From: Eledone cirrhosa
Lineage: Eukaryota
Direction of reading: 5' to 3'
Assembly (NCBI GenBank): GCA_964016885.1
Contig: OZ024758.1
Coordinates: 25,296,001-25,360,000 of the forward strand
Length of the DNA: 64,000 bases
A model generated the notes under the pieces. That model ran no database searches. It was given only the letters and a program-made list of their open reading frames with translations, and was not told the origin of the DNA. Positions 26,241 through 40,607 of the stretch are shown here, piece by piece. The position numbers and the translations under genes were made by a program. The first letter of the stretch is position 1. Each line of letters opens with the position of its first letter.

Positions 26241-26989
26241 GAGTGTCACTGAACACTGTTTCCGATCACGATGATGATGATGATGACGACCACAATGGCA
26301 ATAATGACGATGCTGAAATGATGATGATGAGAAGGATGAGAAGGATGAAAAAGGAAGTGATGATGATGATGATGATAATATAGAGGATGCTATTGCTGAT
26401 GATGATGATGATGGTGATGATGAGGGTGGTGATGAAGAAGATGAAGAAGAAGAAGAAGCAAATGAGGAAGAGGAGGAGGGGGAGGAGGAGGTGGTGGAGA
26501 CACACACACACACACACACATACATACATACACACACATACATACACACACACACACACACACATACATACACACACATACATACACACACACACATACA
26601 CACACATATACACACACACACATACACACACATACACACACACACACATATACACTCACACACATACATACACACACACACATACACACACACACAAATA
26701 TACACACACACACATACACACACATACACACACACACACATATACACTCACACACACACATAAGCAGACATATCTTTGCCAAAAAAAACCCCCACCAAAA
26801 ACACCCAACATTACTATATAACAAGTCACTCTGGGAATACTTTGCAGCACAGAGTTACGACCCTTTACGGTCTGAGTTCAAATCCCGCCAAGGTTGACTT
26901 TGCCTTTCATCCTTACGGGGTCGATAAAATAAAGTACCAGTAATGCACTGGGTAATTGCTGGCCTTGTGCCAATTGTAAAAACAATTAT

Positions 26990-27024
<35 letters not shown>

Positions 27025-27398
27025 TTTAATAATATTGATAAATATAATATCGCGGTGGATTGGCAGTATCGGTAGAGGGTCGGACGCTATGCCCTTGCCA
27101 TTCTGAGTTCAAATCCCGCTGAGGTTAACTTTGCCTTTCATCCTTACGGGGGTCGATAAAATAAAGTACCAGTAATGCACTGGCGTAATTACTGGCCTTG
27201 TGCCAAAAATAGAAACAATTATTATTATTATTATTATAAGGGCGTTAGATTGGCAGCATAGTTACGTCCCTTTACGGACTGAGTTCAAATCCCGCCGGGG
27301 TTAATTTTGCCTTTCATCCTTACAGGGTCGATAAAATAAAGTACCAGTAATACACTGGGGCAATTGCTGGCCTTGTGCCAATTGTAAAAACAATTTTT

Positions 27399-27728
27399 GA
27401 GGCACATGGCTTAGTGGTTAGAGCATTGGCCTTGCAATCGAAAGGTTGTGAGTTCAATTCTCAGACCAGGTGATGTGTTGTTTCCTTGAGCAAGACACTT
27501 TATTTCACATTGCTCCAGTTTACTCAGCTGTAGAAATGAGATGATAGGGACTGGGGTCCCTATCATTCCACTGCAAAGTGGTCGTGTCGGCGCCACGGCA
27601 AAAAAGCACCCAGCACTCACTGTAAATGAGGTTGGTGTTAGGAAGGGCATCCAGCTGTAGAAATCAAACCAGCATCAGTTCCCGTCCCACCCTTGCAAGC
27701 AGGGAAAAGCGGACGTAAAATGATGATT
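27399..27728 (+). mobile_element. SINE family A
   Basis: Full copy. Confidence 0.9.
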
Positions 27729-27926
27729 ATTATTATTATTATTTGTGAGTCATTTTTCTGACAATAACATCTGTTAATTCCCTTCAGGCTCCACTTTAAC
27801 TGTAGTTAAATACCCAGGGGAAAATATTAGATATTGTTTTCCTACTGGAATATTCATATTCCATTAGGAGTAAGAAGTGCTAGCCATCCCAACTAACAAA
27901 GTAGAATATATATATATATGGTGCCA

Positions 27927-28748
27927 TTAGGTATGATACATTTTATTACTAATTATATCTAAATGTTTCTTCTCTCTTCATAATGTATTTTTAACTCTGA
28001 TACTGGTTCAGTCTAGTTCAACTGAATTGGTCTGTCCCAGTCATTCATTGAGCAACATCGGTGAAGTTGGCACCCTTAACTCACAGTTGGGTGCGGATGC
28101 ATTCATGTATATATGTGTGTGTCCGCATGTATCTGTGTGTTTCTAAATATATTGTTAATAACTCCCTCTGGTCGAGCAATCTTTGAAGTGTGGGGACAAC
28201 TGGAAAGCTTCCATTACTCATACTTCTAGCCTTCTTCACCACCTCTTCTGCGGCCTCGATATGAATACCCCCTCCGCCTCCGTGGTATTTTCTTCGTGGT
28301 TATAAGAGGCTTAGCTCTGTTTCTCGACCGTTATATCGCGTGACTATCTCCCCCTCCGCCTTTTGGGATTCTTTCTCACGTCGTGTAGACGCGTTCTTGA
28401 GACTAGTAAAATGAGGTATCCTCTTGATAAGTCGGCAGACCTCGCAGGGACTCTATGTCTTTATGATATATTGTTTTTGTTTATGCCACGAAACTACGTA
28501 GTCGAGGAATTTAGGAGCAATTTAGGTATGATACATTTTATTACTAATTATATCTAAATGTTTCTTCTCTCTTCATAATGTATTTTTAACTCTGATACTG
28601 GTTCAGTCTAGTTCAACTGAATTGGTCTGTCCCGGTCATTCATTGAGCAACATCGGTGAAGTTGGCACCCTTAACTCACAGTTGGGTGCGGATGCATTCA
28701 TGTATATATGTGTGTGTCCGCATGTATCTGTGTGTTTCTAAATATATT
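27927..28748 (+). mobile_element. second locus of the ~590-bp HHR repeat, different circular permutation
   Basis: Period 595 (27927 vs 28522); HHR at 28419-28508 with TTGATAA core; TA tracts on both sides. Confidence 0.75.
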
Positions 28749-29004
28749 ATATATATATTTATATATATATATATATATAAAATATATCATCTGTCTGGCG
28801 GGTTTTCTACGGCTGGATGCCCTTCCTAACACCAACCATGTTTACAGTGTGGACTGGGAGGTTTTTACCGTGTTACCTACACAGCCACATTACAGCGTGG
28901 ACTGTGTGTTTTTTTTTGTCGTGACACCTACATGACCTCATTTATTTCGGACTGGATGTTGTGGTACCACCATAACTATATATATATATATATATATAAC
29001 TATA

Positions 29005-29336
29005 TCATCATCATTTTACGTCCACTTTTCCCTGCTTGCAAGGGTGGGATGGGAACTGATTCTGGCTTGATTTCTACAGCTGGATGCCCTTCCTAACACC
29101 AACCTCATTTACAGTGAGTGCTGGGTGCTTTTTTGCCGTGGCACCTCCACGACCAATTTGCAGTGGAATGATAGGGACCCCAGTCCCTATCATCTCATTT
29201 CTACAGCTGAGTAAACTGGGGCAATGTGAAATAAAGTGTCTTGCTCAAGGAAACAACACATCACCCGGTCTGAGAATTGAACTCACAACCTTTCAATTGC
29301 AAGGCCAATGCTCTAACCACTAAGCCATGTGCCTCC
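29005..29336 (-). mobile_element. SINE family A
   Basis: Full reverse copy. Confidence 0.9.
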
Positions 29337-29632
29337 ATATATGAGATGAAGCTGATTATATCTTAACTGTTGAACAGTTGAACAGTTGAAATTTCTACTA
29401 AAATGTTAATGTCAATCAAGTTTTCATAGATCTCTAAAATAAAACTAATAATATGTATGATATGTATCAAATACCAGATTGATGACACATGTCAAAAGTG
29501 TTTTATACACATACACACATGTGTCTGTGTGTGTCTGTATATGTGTGTATGTGTGTATATATATACATAAATATATATATACATAAATATATATACATAT
29601 ATATATACATATAAATGTATATATATATATAC

Positions 29633-29741
<109 letters not shown>

Positions 29742-29772
29742 CATTTATATATATACATTTATATATATATAA

Positions 29773-29841
<69 letters not shown>

Positions 29842-29853
29842 CATATATATGTA

Positions 29854-29921
<68 letters not shown>

Positions 29922-29923
29922 TA

Positions 29924-29959
<36 letters not shown>

Positions 29960-29988
29960 CATATATATGTATATATATATATATATAC

Positions 29989-30061
<73 letters not shown>

Positions 30062-30086
30062 TATGTATATATATATATATATATAC

Positions 30087-30137
<51 letters not shown>

Positions 30138-30644
30138 TATACTTTATGAAAGAATGAGCCCTCGATATGTAAAGATAGAGGTATTTTATATCACTTAAAA
30201 TATATGGCAACTAAGCATATGAAAGAAGATTGATAGGGTGGACTGGGTGCTTTTCTTTATGGCACCATCACTACCACTTGTCAGGGTGGGTTGGGTTGTG
30301 TGTTCTATCTTGGCACCTGTACTGCTGCATTACAACACTAGGGTGTTTAGGTTTCCTTGGTCTGGCTAGGGAGGCGTTGATGAGGGATAGGGTGTATAAA
30401 TGAGAGGGGTACAGGTTGTATGTTACTTGTTGGATGAAGCGGCGGCGGGGCTGGGGCGGGGTGGGGTGGGGGGGGCTACACACTTCCTACCATGGGGATG
30501 GGGGAGGGGTGTCAGGTCATTGGAGTGGCCTTGAGGGAAGTGGATGGTGTCTGACTTATTGTGGGGTGGGCCTGGCTTTTCCTGTTAGCTTGGATTGGTT
30601 AGGAAAAGTGAGCCAGGGATGTGAATGTGGAGGAGGGGAACAAG

Positions 30645-31211
30645 GAAGGTTGAATTATACAAGGTGCTAGCATGGGTTAGACAAGGAAGGGGATGCAGGG
30701 ACCGCACTGCTTCTTTGAGTTTAGGGTAAGGGAAGGTTTAGGACAAGGAGAAGGTGTTGAGTGTGTACTGGTTGAGAAGATGGGCAAAGAAGGTTGAATT
30801 AGACAAGGTGCTAGCATGGGTTAGACAAGGAAGGGGATGCAGGGACCGCACTGCTTCTTTGAGTTTAGGGTAAGGGAAGGTTTAGGACAAGGAGAAGGTG
30901 TTGAGTGTGTACTGGTTGAGAAGATGGGCAAAGAAGGTTGAATTAGACAAGGTGCTAGCATGGGTTAGACAAGGAAGGGGATGCAGGGACCTCACTGCTT
31001 CTTTGAGTTTAGGGTAAGGGAAGGTTTAGGACAAGGAGAAGGTGTTGAGTGTGTACTGGTTGAGAAGATGGGCAAAGAAGGTTGAATTAGACAAGGTGCT
31101 AGCATGGGTTAGACAAGGAAGGGGATGCAGGGACCTCACTGCTTCTTTGAGTTTAGGGTAAGGGAAGGTTTAGGACAAGGAGAAGGAGTTGAGTGTGTAC
31201 TGGTTGAGAAG
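30645..31211. repeat. 144-bp purine-rich tandem repeat, ~4 copies
   Basis: gaaggttgaattag... starts at 30645, 30789, 30933, 31077. Confidence 0.95.
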
Positions 31212-31677
31212 GTGGGGGAAATCAGGAATATAGACAATATGCCCCCACACCCCCCACCGTAAAGAGGTCGTGGAGGTGCCACGGCAAAAAAGCACCTAGC
31301 CCACGCTGTAAAGTGGACGTGTAGGCGCCACAAAAAAGCACCCAGCACTCACTGTAAATGAGGTTGGTGTTAGGAAGGGCATCCAGCTGTAGAAATCAAG
31401 CCAAATCAGTTCCTGTATGAGCAAGGCATGGTCAGCCGACCAGACACTGCCCACAACAGGACAACCCGTCTAACCCATGCTAGCGTGGAAGAACGGACGT
31501 AAAACGGTGATGATGATGATGATGATACTGGCAGGTGGGGACTTGAATGTTGTAACAACTCTCTACTTCATGGAGGGGGAGAAGTTTGGCAGATTGAGAA
31601 AATTAGAAACATACAGACCTGCAAGTTAAAGATACCTGATACAGATGGTATAGCTAATGGGTGGGAGGTTGAGGTAG

Positions 31678-32295
31678 AGAATTTTGTTTGTACCATGGTT
31701 GAGCGGTTTGATGGGTTTTTAAAAATCTTTCTTAACATTTGTGTGTAGTAACCATCTAAAGCTTTGGTGATAGATACGGCCACTGACCAAGATTTAGAGT
31801 GGGATTTATGTATAAGCTAAACAAGCTATAGCTTAGAGCCCCCACTTTCTTGGGGTCCCGAAAAAAATTGAGAATTTTGTTTGTACCATGGTTGAGCGGT
31901 TTGATGGGTTTTTAAAAATCTTTCTTAACATTTGTGTGTAGTAACCATCTAAAGCTTTGGTGATAGATACTGCCACTGACCAAGATTTAGAATGGGATTT
32001 ACGTATAAGCTAAACAAGCTATAGCTTAGGGCCCCCACTTTCTTGGGGCCCTGAAAAAATTGAAAAAAAACGGTGTGTTCATTTCCAAAATATAAGATAA
32101 AAAAGAACTAAAATAATGCAATAGTTTTAAACAGTTTTCTTTTTTTAATATTGAACGTTTTGCAGTTTTTATACCATTTTTTATAACATATAAAGGGCCC
32201 CATTTTCTCAAATAGCTTAGGGCCTCATCAAATCTAAATCCGGCCCTGCCAAGATTTACAGGAATACAGTAAGATTGATTCCACTCTAGCTTTAA
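31678..32295 (-). mobile_element. old LINE RT fragment split by a hAT-like MITE, with a 192-bp tandem duplication
   Basis: Minus-strand translation KARVESILLYSCKSW | SWSVAVSITKALDGYYTQMLRKIF; MITE right end tctaaatccggccctg at 32248; ccaagatt at 31980 and 32249. Confidence 0.6.
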
Positions 32296-35076
32296 CCTGT
32301 TAACTGCTGTGTATATTTTACACAGCTACAGTTGCTGTGCTGGGTTTTTTTTTCAGTAAAATTACTAATTTTTTAAACAAACATTTATTAATAACACATA
32401 TCTGATTGATTGACAAACATCACATCAATAAACTAGTAACCCCATCTAACTTTGAAGCTATGAATTGTTGGCAAAGAGTTCATAACTTTGAAGCTATGAA
32501 CTGTTGGCAAAGAGTTCATATCTTTGAAGTTATGAACTGTTGGCAAAGAGTTCAAACACATTAGGATGAGTTATCTTGTCTATGGCATTGAAGAGGTCAA
32601 ATAATCTAACTTTTGATTTTGTGGTTATGTTAGATATCCACACCTTATCTAACAAGTTCACAGCAGACCATGCTTGTGCTATCTTGTTGTTATCCCTTTA
32701 GCATTCACATTACTCTATATTTACTATTGTATTTTTGTTGTAAAGGCTTTATCTCACATAATTATTTCACATAATATTGAATCTATGAGATTTTGATGCT
32801 ATTTACTTTGAGAACAACATCAGTATCAGTGGCCAGTTACAACCAATTTGAACAGAAGAAGGTGAGAAAATTCTGGCCAGATATGGATGGTTTAAATGCT
32901 AAAGGGTTATATCATTTGACAAGTTGGTGTATGCACCAAAGTATTTGAAATCATCTACTTTTTTGAGAAAAGTATTGTTTATTGTGCAGTGTACAATAAA
33001 CATGATGTTTGAACATTGATGTTTGTTGTTTGATCTGAGTTGATGGTCATGTATTTGGTTTTGTTGACATTTAGGAAGAGTCCCATAGTTTAGCTTATGT
33101 AAGAGATCTTTTTGAATTGCATAACTTACTGAATCTGCACAATGTCTTATTTTGGTTTTGTGTACATCCGCTCTAGCAGATGTTATTTATTAGTAAATAC
33201 TTAAATTTACCAAAGTGTACAACATTTGTAAGATTATGTAAGAAGATGTTGAAAAGTAATGTTAAGAAAATAACACAGAACTCTTTTTTTTTCACCCATA
33301 ATACAATATATTTCAATCATGACCTTTCTTCCTTCTTCATACACATCAGCTAATTTGATAAACACATTTCTTTTACTCCAAACAACAATTATCTAATGAT
33401 TAAATATTTTCAAACTGAAGCTATAATCATATCTACTTTGATTTTCATTCATGAATAAATCATAATATTTATTTAAATAGAGACAATAAAGAGGAGATAA
33501 TAGAGTGCAATGAATAAATAATTAAATAAATACATCAGTAAATATATTGTTAAAATAAGAGGTACGTTGGTAGAGTGGAGGATAGAATGTTTTACAGTAT
33601 TTGTTTTAATGCTCTGCTCTCTGAGTTCAAATCCCACTGGTGGTGGTAGTGGTGGTGGTGGTGGTGGTGGTGGTTATGGTTGTGGTAGTGATGGTGGTGG
33701 TGGTGGTGATGGTGTTGGTGGTGGTGATGGTGTTGGTGGTGTTGATGGTGGTGGTGATGGTGGTGGTGGTGGTGGTGGTGATGGTGTTGATGGTAGTGGT
33801 GGTGGTGGTGTGGTGATGGTAGTGGTGGTGATGGTGGTGGTACTGGTGGTGGTTGTGGTAGTAGTGTGTGGGGGGGGGGGTAGTGATGGTGGTTGTGGTA
33901 GTGATGGTGTTGTTGTTGGTGGTGGTTTTGGAGGTTTTGGTGGTCGTGGCGGTTGTGGTGATCATGTTGATGGTAGTGGTTATGGTGGTGGTGGTGGTGG
34001 TGGTGGTGGTTGTGGTGATGGTGGTAGTAGTGGTTGCATTCATGGTGATGGTTGTGATGGTGGTGGTGGCGGTGGTGGTGGTGGTGTTGGCGATGGTGGT
34101 GGTGATAAGATAATGGTGTTAGCGGTAATGGTTATGGTGGTGGTAGTGGTGGCGGCGGTGGTGGTGGTGGTGGTGGTGGTGTTGATGGTAGTGGTTATGG
34201 TAATGAATGTGGTGATGGATGTGGTGATGGTGGCAGGGGTGGTAATAATTGTTTCTACTTTTGGCACAAGGCCAGCAATCAATTACCCCAGTGTATTACT
34301 GGTACTTTATTTTATCGACCCCCGTAAGGATGAAAGGCAAAGTTAACCTCGGCGGGATTTGAACTCAGACCATAAAGGGCCGTAACTCTTTGCTGCAAAG
34401 CATGGCGTCCAACCCTCTACCGATACTGCCAATCCACCTAATAATAAAACTATTTGTTTACAGCAATGCCTTGCTCAGAAATCAGATTGTGTCATTTACC
34501 TTGTAAATAAATCTATTATCTCAACTCTTTACCCTGTCAACTCATTGTCTTGGTACCAGACTGACAGCCTGGCTTCTTTTTCTCACACACACAAAAAATA
34601 AAAATGCAAACAAGAAAACTGAAAGAAAAAAAAAGAACCATCTCACAGATTATCTGATTTTAAGGAAGTAAAGAAGCCTCAGTTTGTCTCACTTCATGAA
34701 CATGTGTCATATATAAGACATTTTTGATTAGAGCTTCCGGAATCATATTCTTTCATAGACAATAACTGTTTGTTTTTTTTTTTCATTTTACTTCTCCTTA
34801 TTTCTACAATTGTCACCAAGCTCTCTTTATTTTAGACATTCTAAGTCTTCCTAGCTTCTTCACATAAATGACCAAACTGCATTGTACTTTTCTCTCTCTT
34901 TCTCTCTCTCTCCCTCTTTCTCACTCACTTCTCTTTCCCACCCCCTCATTCTCTCTCCATCTCTCTCTTCCTCTTTCTCCCCCATTCCACTCACCCTTTC
35001 TATTTAAATTCTATTTAAGTTTTGAGAATAGTACCTCAAAGAATACAATCGCAAATACACAAGGCCGAAATGGGTA

Positions 35077-35314
35077 AATACCAAATTTACTCATTTTAAT
35101 TCAGTATTCTTGCCAACTCTTACCCATGGTCAGGAATCTTGGGTAATGACCGAAAAAATACGATTGGGAATACAAACGGCCGAAATGGGGTTCCTCCGAA
35201 GGGGGTCTTTGGGGTAACGTGACTCGATACAGTGCGTAGCTCGGAGATCAGTGAGTTACTTCAGGTAGAACCGCTACTTCTCCAAATTGAGAAATCACAG
35301 ATCTGATACTATGA
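35077..35314 (+). pseudogene. degenerate RTE (Expander/Rex3-like) RT C-terminal fragment
   Basis: FNSVFLPTLTHGQESWVMTEKIRLGIQTAEMGFLRR...VRSSEISELLQVEPLLLQIEKSQ with stops and a frameshift. Confidence 0.75.
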
Positions 35315-35794
35315 TTTTGGAATGGTGATATGGTATTCATTGGGATGGTATAAAAGTCTCAGATGAGTTTTTAATAACACTTCACTGTATTAATAATTTT
35401 GATAATCTGACACACAACTTTACTGCATTGATAAGGGCCATGTGTAACAAGACAAGTAAATTGTATTTAAGTAGAATAATAATTAGATTAGAAGATAAGT
35501 TAGTGTAAACATATAACTGTTATTGCCTGAACAGAACATATCTAAGTCTGTGATAAACCAGAAGGCTCGTTAGGTTGGCGTTTATCCCAGTTTCATGGCG
35601 TTTATCCCAGTTTCATGGCGTGAAGCAACTGAGAGTACAAGATTCCCCCCAGGACAGGCTGCCAGTCCCCCGCTATTGCTGGTACTCATTTTAAGCTCAG
35701 TATACTGGAGCAATATGAAATGAAGTGTTTTGCTCAAGAACACAACACACAACCCAGCCCAGGAATCGAACCCATGACATGATTGTAAGTCAAG

Positions 35795-36712
35795 TTATTA
35801 ATAAGAAGAGTTGAAATTTATGCATGCAAGATTTCACAGCTCTAACATCACTCCTTAGTCAGCCTATAAACTTTTTAGCAGACCCTTGTATATAAGTCCC
35901 AGGAAAGAAACAATGCAGTTATTAATCAGAAGAAATTAATGCAGGCAAGATTTCACAGCTCTAACATCACTCCTACTTAGTCATCCTATGAAATTTTCAA
36001 GCCGACCCTCATATAGGGATAAGAAGAATTGAAATAAATGCAGGCAAGATTTCACAGCTCTAACATCATTCTTTCATCGTCAGCCTATGACATTTTCAAG
36101 CCGACCCTCATATAGTGATAAGAAGAATTGAAATTAATGCAGGCAAGATTTCACAGCTCTAGCATCACTCCTTCATCGTTAGCCTATGAAATTTTTAAGC
36201 CGACCCTCATATAGTGATAAGAAGAATTGAAAATAATACAGGCAAGATTTCACAGCTCTAACATCACTCCTTCATTGTCAGCCTATGAAATTTTCAAGCC
36301 GACCCTCATATAGTGATAAGAAGAATTGAAAATAATACAGGCAAGATTTCACAGCTCTAGCATCACTCCTACTTAGTCAGCGTATGAACTTTTAAAGCCG
36401 ACCCTCATATAGTGATAAGAAGAATTGAAATTAATTGTTTCTACTTTAGGCACAAGGCCAGCAATTACCCAGTACATTACTGGTACTTTATTTTATCGAC
36501 CCCGTAAGGATGAAAGGCAAAGTTAACCTCAGCGGGATTTGAACTCAGACTGTAAAGCGACGTAACTATGCTAGAAAGCATGGCGTCCAACCCTCTACTG
36601 ATACTGCCAATTCACCGCCCTTGAAGAATTGAAATTAATGCAGGTAAGATTTCACAGCTCTAACATCAATCCTTCATCGTCAGCCTATGAAATTTTCAAG
36701 CTGACCTTCATA
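35795..36712. repeat. 99-bp tandem array derived from the mariner-MITE end, with SINE B insertion
   Basis: Starts at 36019, 36118, 36217, 36316, 36415; SINE B 36436-36620 flanked by gaagaattgaaattaat. Confidence 0.85.
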
Positions 36713-37092
36713 TGTATATTGTGAGACCTCTTTTTTGAAATTCTCTGAGATTATTTCATAATAAAGAGGTTGGTTGTAAACTTAGAAAGAATGCTCCGTC
36801 ATTGGAATTTAAATATCAACAATGTAGAGAATCTGGTTCTAAACTTTAGAGAAGTTAAAATATTTTTACAGATTATATTTACAGGATATGTGGAGTTAGA
36901 CGATCTTTTTATTTGTCTAGAAATCTCTTGTATTATAAGATTACATAGTTCTTCTATAGGTTTATGTTCAGTAGCATGACTAACAATACTAAATACACAT
37001 TGCCATTACTGTCATCATCATTGTCATCACAATCATCATCACCACCATTATCACCATCATCATTATCACCACCATCATCACCATCACCATCA

Positions 37093-38101
37093 GGGTGTAC
37101 TGGGAGCATTTTATTGGTACTCCAGCATTACCACTTTACAGGGTGTACTGGGAGCATTTTATTGGTACTCCAGCATTACTACTTTACAGAGTGTACTGGG
37201 ACTATTCTATTGGTACTCCAGCATTACCACTTTACAGAGTGTACTGGGACTATTCTATTGGTACTCCAGCATTACCACTTTACAGAGTGTACTGGGACTA
37301 TTCTATTGGTACTCCAGCATTACCACTTTACAGAGTGTACTGGGACTATTTTATTGGTACTCCAACATTACCACTTTACAGAGTGTACTGGGACTATTTT
37401 ATTGGTACTCCAGCATTACCACTTTACAGAGTGTACTGGGACTATTTTATTGGTACTCCAACATTACCACTTTACAGAGTGTACTGGGACTATTTTATTG
37501 GTACTCCAGCATTACCACTTTACAGAGTGTACTGGGACTATTTTATTGGTACTCCAGCATTACCACTTTACAGGGTGTACTGGGACTATTTTATTGGTAC
37601 TCCAGCATTACCACTTTACAGAGTGTACTGGGACTATTTTATTGGTACTCCAGCATTACCACTTTATAGGGTGTACTGGGACTATTTTATTGGTACTCCA
37701 GCATTACCACGTTACAGAGTGTACTGGGACTATTTTATTGGTACTCCATTACCACTTTACAGAGTGTACTGGGACTATTTTATTGGTACTCCAGCATTAC
37801 CACTTTACAGGGTGTAGTGGGACTATTCTATTGGTACTCCAGCATTACCACTTTACAGGGTGTACTGGGACTATTTTATTGGTATTCCAGCATTACCACT
37901 TTACAGAGTGTACTGGGACTATTTTATTGGTACTCCAACATTACCACTTTACAGAGTGTACTGGGACTATTCTATTGGTACTCCAGCATTACCACTTTAC
38001 AGGGTGTAGTGGGACTATTCTATTGGTACTCCAGCATTACCACTTTACAGAGTGTACTGCGACTATTTTATTGGTACTCCAGCATTACCACTTTACAGAG
38101 T
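37093..38101. repeat. 48-bp minisatellite, ~21 copies
   Basis: Unit grgtgtactgggactattytattggtactccagcattaccactttaca. Confidence 0.95.
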
Positions 38102-38935
38102 GGGTGAACTTGGTCCTTTTTATCATAGCATACAAGTATGATTCTATGATGAGAGTAAAATGAGTTGTAAATTTTGCAGAGGTGCTGGTTCACTTTCTTC
38201 CACATCTTACATATCATATTAACATAGCTAACTTCTAGAACAAAATATTTCAAAAATATTTTGTCTCAGTTTATGTTGAATTTGTTGTGATTATATTACG
38301 AGAGGTTTTGTTTTCATGTGTATGTTCCACTTATAGTCTTTATGTTGCAATGTGGGGATGTACTTGGCATCTGTAGTATTTTTGATATGTGCCCCTTTGG
38401 TAACAATATACAATGTCACCCTGTAGGTGGCATTGTATATTGTTTTAGAAAGAAACTCATATCACATTAGACAGTTTTATCTTCATGACATTTTAACAGT
38501 TGATGCTAAATATATGCTATGTCTTCAATAGAAATGTGATACAGTTAACATATTTAATAGCATCTTAGGGATTTAAGTGGTAAGCTTTTTTTCCATTATG
38601 TTGATTACGAATATATTGAAATTTAAAAAGAAAAAAAAATTAAATTTATTGTATAATTCCGTGTATTTATTTGAATATTTTCTAATAAAAGTTTATTTAG
38701 TTTTAATCAGCTATTAGAAATTCGATCATATTTAGTCAAATATACAGAAAAAGAAAGCAGTATTGGAAAGAACTATAAATGTCATAAATGAGAGGAAAAA
38801 GAGGGAAAATTCAAGGTGACTATCTCTTTGGTTTGTCAGATATTTTGTGGATAATTCTTGCTTTTGGATTGTAAAACTGTAGCATTTGGAATGTCGTATG
38901 ATATGACAGGTTTGAACCAAGCTAAATGTCATTAA

Positions 38936-39359
38936 TCCTTTAGCATTTAAACTAGCTATATCCAGCCAGAATTCTCTCACCTCTTTCTGCTCAAACCGGC
39001 AGTAACCAGCTGCTCATACTGATGTTAAAGTATTGTTCTCTATATAAATAACATCAAAAATCTCGCAGATTCAATATTATGTAAGATAAAACCTTTACCA
39101 TGAAAATACAATAGTATATATAGAGTAATGTAAATGCTAAAGGGTTAACTCTTTAGCATTTAAACCAGCCATATTTCTCTCACCTCTTTCTGTTAAAACC
39201 AGCTGTAATTGGCTGCTCATACCTACATTAAGGTATTGTTCTCAAAATAAATGACATCAAAATCTCATAGATTCGATATTACGTGAGATAATTATGTAAG
39301 ATAAAGCCTTTACTGTGAAAATACAATAATAAGTATAGAATAATGTAAATGCTAAAGGG
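38936..39359 (-). mobile_element. two piggyBac-type MITEs in tandem sharing one TTAA
   Basis: TTAA at 38932, 39145 and 39360. Confidence 0.85.
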
Positions 39360-39733
39360 TTAATGGTATCATACCCTTGTTTTCTGGTTACATATATCCA
39401 TCTGTAGAAATTTGACAAAGAAAAAGTAGGAAGGACTCTTCAGTTGTAACATAGGCATCACAACCTCTCTCGTGCTGGTCATCCACTCAATAGATGCACT
39501 CTGTGCACTTTTGTAAAGTGGTTGATGATTGAAGGACAACCAGCTGTAGGAAACATGCCTCACAAAGGGATGGGAGGACTCTTGAGCTGTGTTAATGACA
39601 TGACAGCTTCCCAAGTGTTGTTAGGGTATGTGATTGTATGTTGAAGTCCTGATCCGATCCTTGCTAGCAGGGAAACAGGGAAACTGGACTTTACACAATG
39701 ATGATGATGATATGTATATAAATAGATATATAG

Positions 39734-39769
<36 letters not shown>

Positions 39770-39775
<6 letters not shown>

Positions 39776-39977
39776 CTATCTATCTATCTCTATCTAAGGC
39801 GGGTAAAATTCCCGAGATCCATGGACGAGTTCTCTCCAGCGGTCTCTGTCCCTCATTATCGCTGCCATGTCCTGCATCTCCAACAGACCAGTGTCTGTCC
39901 TTAGGGCATCAACATATGTTAACCTTGGTCTTCCTCTTCTAGTGTGTCCATGTAGGGGCTCCCAAAGGAGCACTGAT
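39770..39977 (-). mobile_element. 3' end of another RTE-like LINE with (TAGA)n tail
   Basis: VLLWEPLHGHTRRGRPRLTYVDALRTDTG...RDRDRWRELVHGSREFYPP*. Confidence 0.75.
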
Positions 39978-40431
39978 ATATATATATATTAGTAATATAT
40001 ATATATATATTAGTAATATATATATATATTAGTAATATATATATATATATTAGTAATATATATATATATATTAGTAAAAGGAAAAGAAAATGCTGACAAA
40101 TTTTTCCCAGTGAAAAATAGTTTAATTAGGAATAAGTATAAATTAGTAATAAATATTGGTTAGTATTCAGTTTTAGTTTTAAGTTGTATATATATATATT
40201 TTATGTATATATATATATATATATATTTACATACATACACACATGTATATATAGATATTGTGTGTTTGTGTGTGTACATATTTATGAGAAGTGTAGTATT
40301 TCCCACACTTACCATTTGCCATATTTCCATTTCCTATTAGTAAACCAGATATTATAAGGAAATAATATACATGTGCTTATTATTTCCTTTTGTATTTCCC
40401 ATATTTACTATATATACATATACATACACAC

Positions 40432-40465
<34 letters not shown>

Positions 40466-40607
40466 ACATATATATATAAATATCCATACATATATATTAA
40501 TAAATATACATATATATAAATATACATATATATATATATATTTATAAATATACATACATACATATATATATATATTTATAAATATACATACATATATATA
40601 AATAAAT

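Noticed and set aside
25254-26747. 497-aa proline-rich extensin/formin-like ORF (also 1846-2790, 33567-34346)
   Set aside because: (GGT)n microsatellite open in several frames; single-codon runs and no domain.
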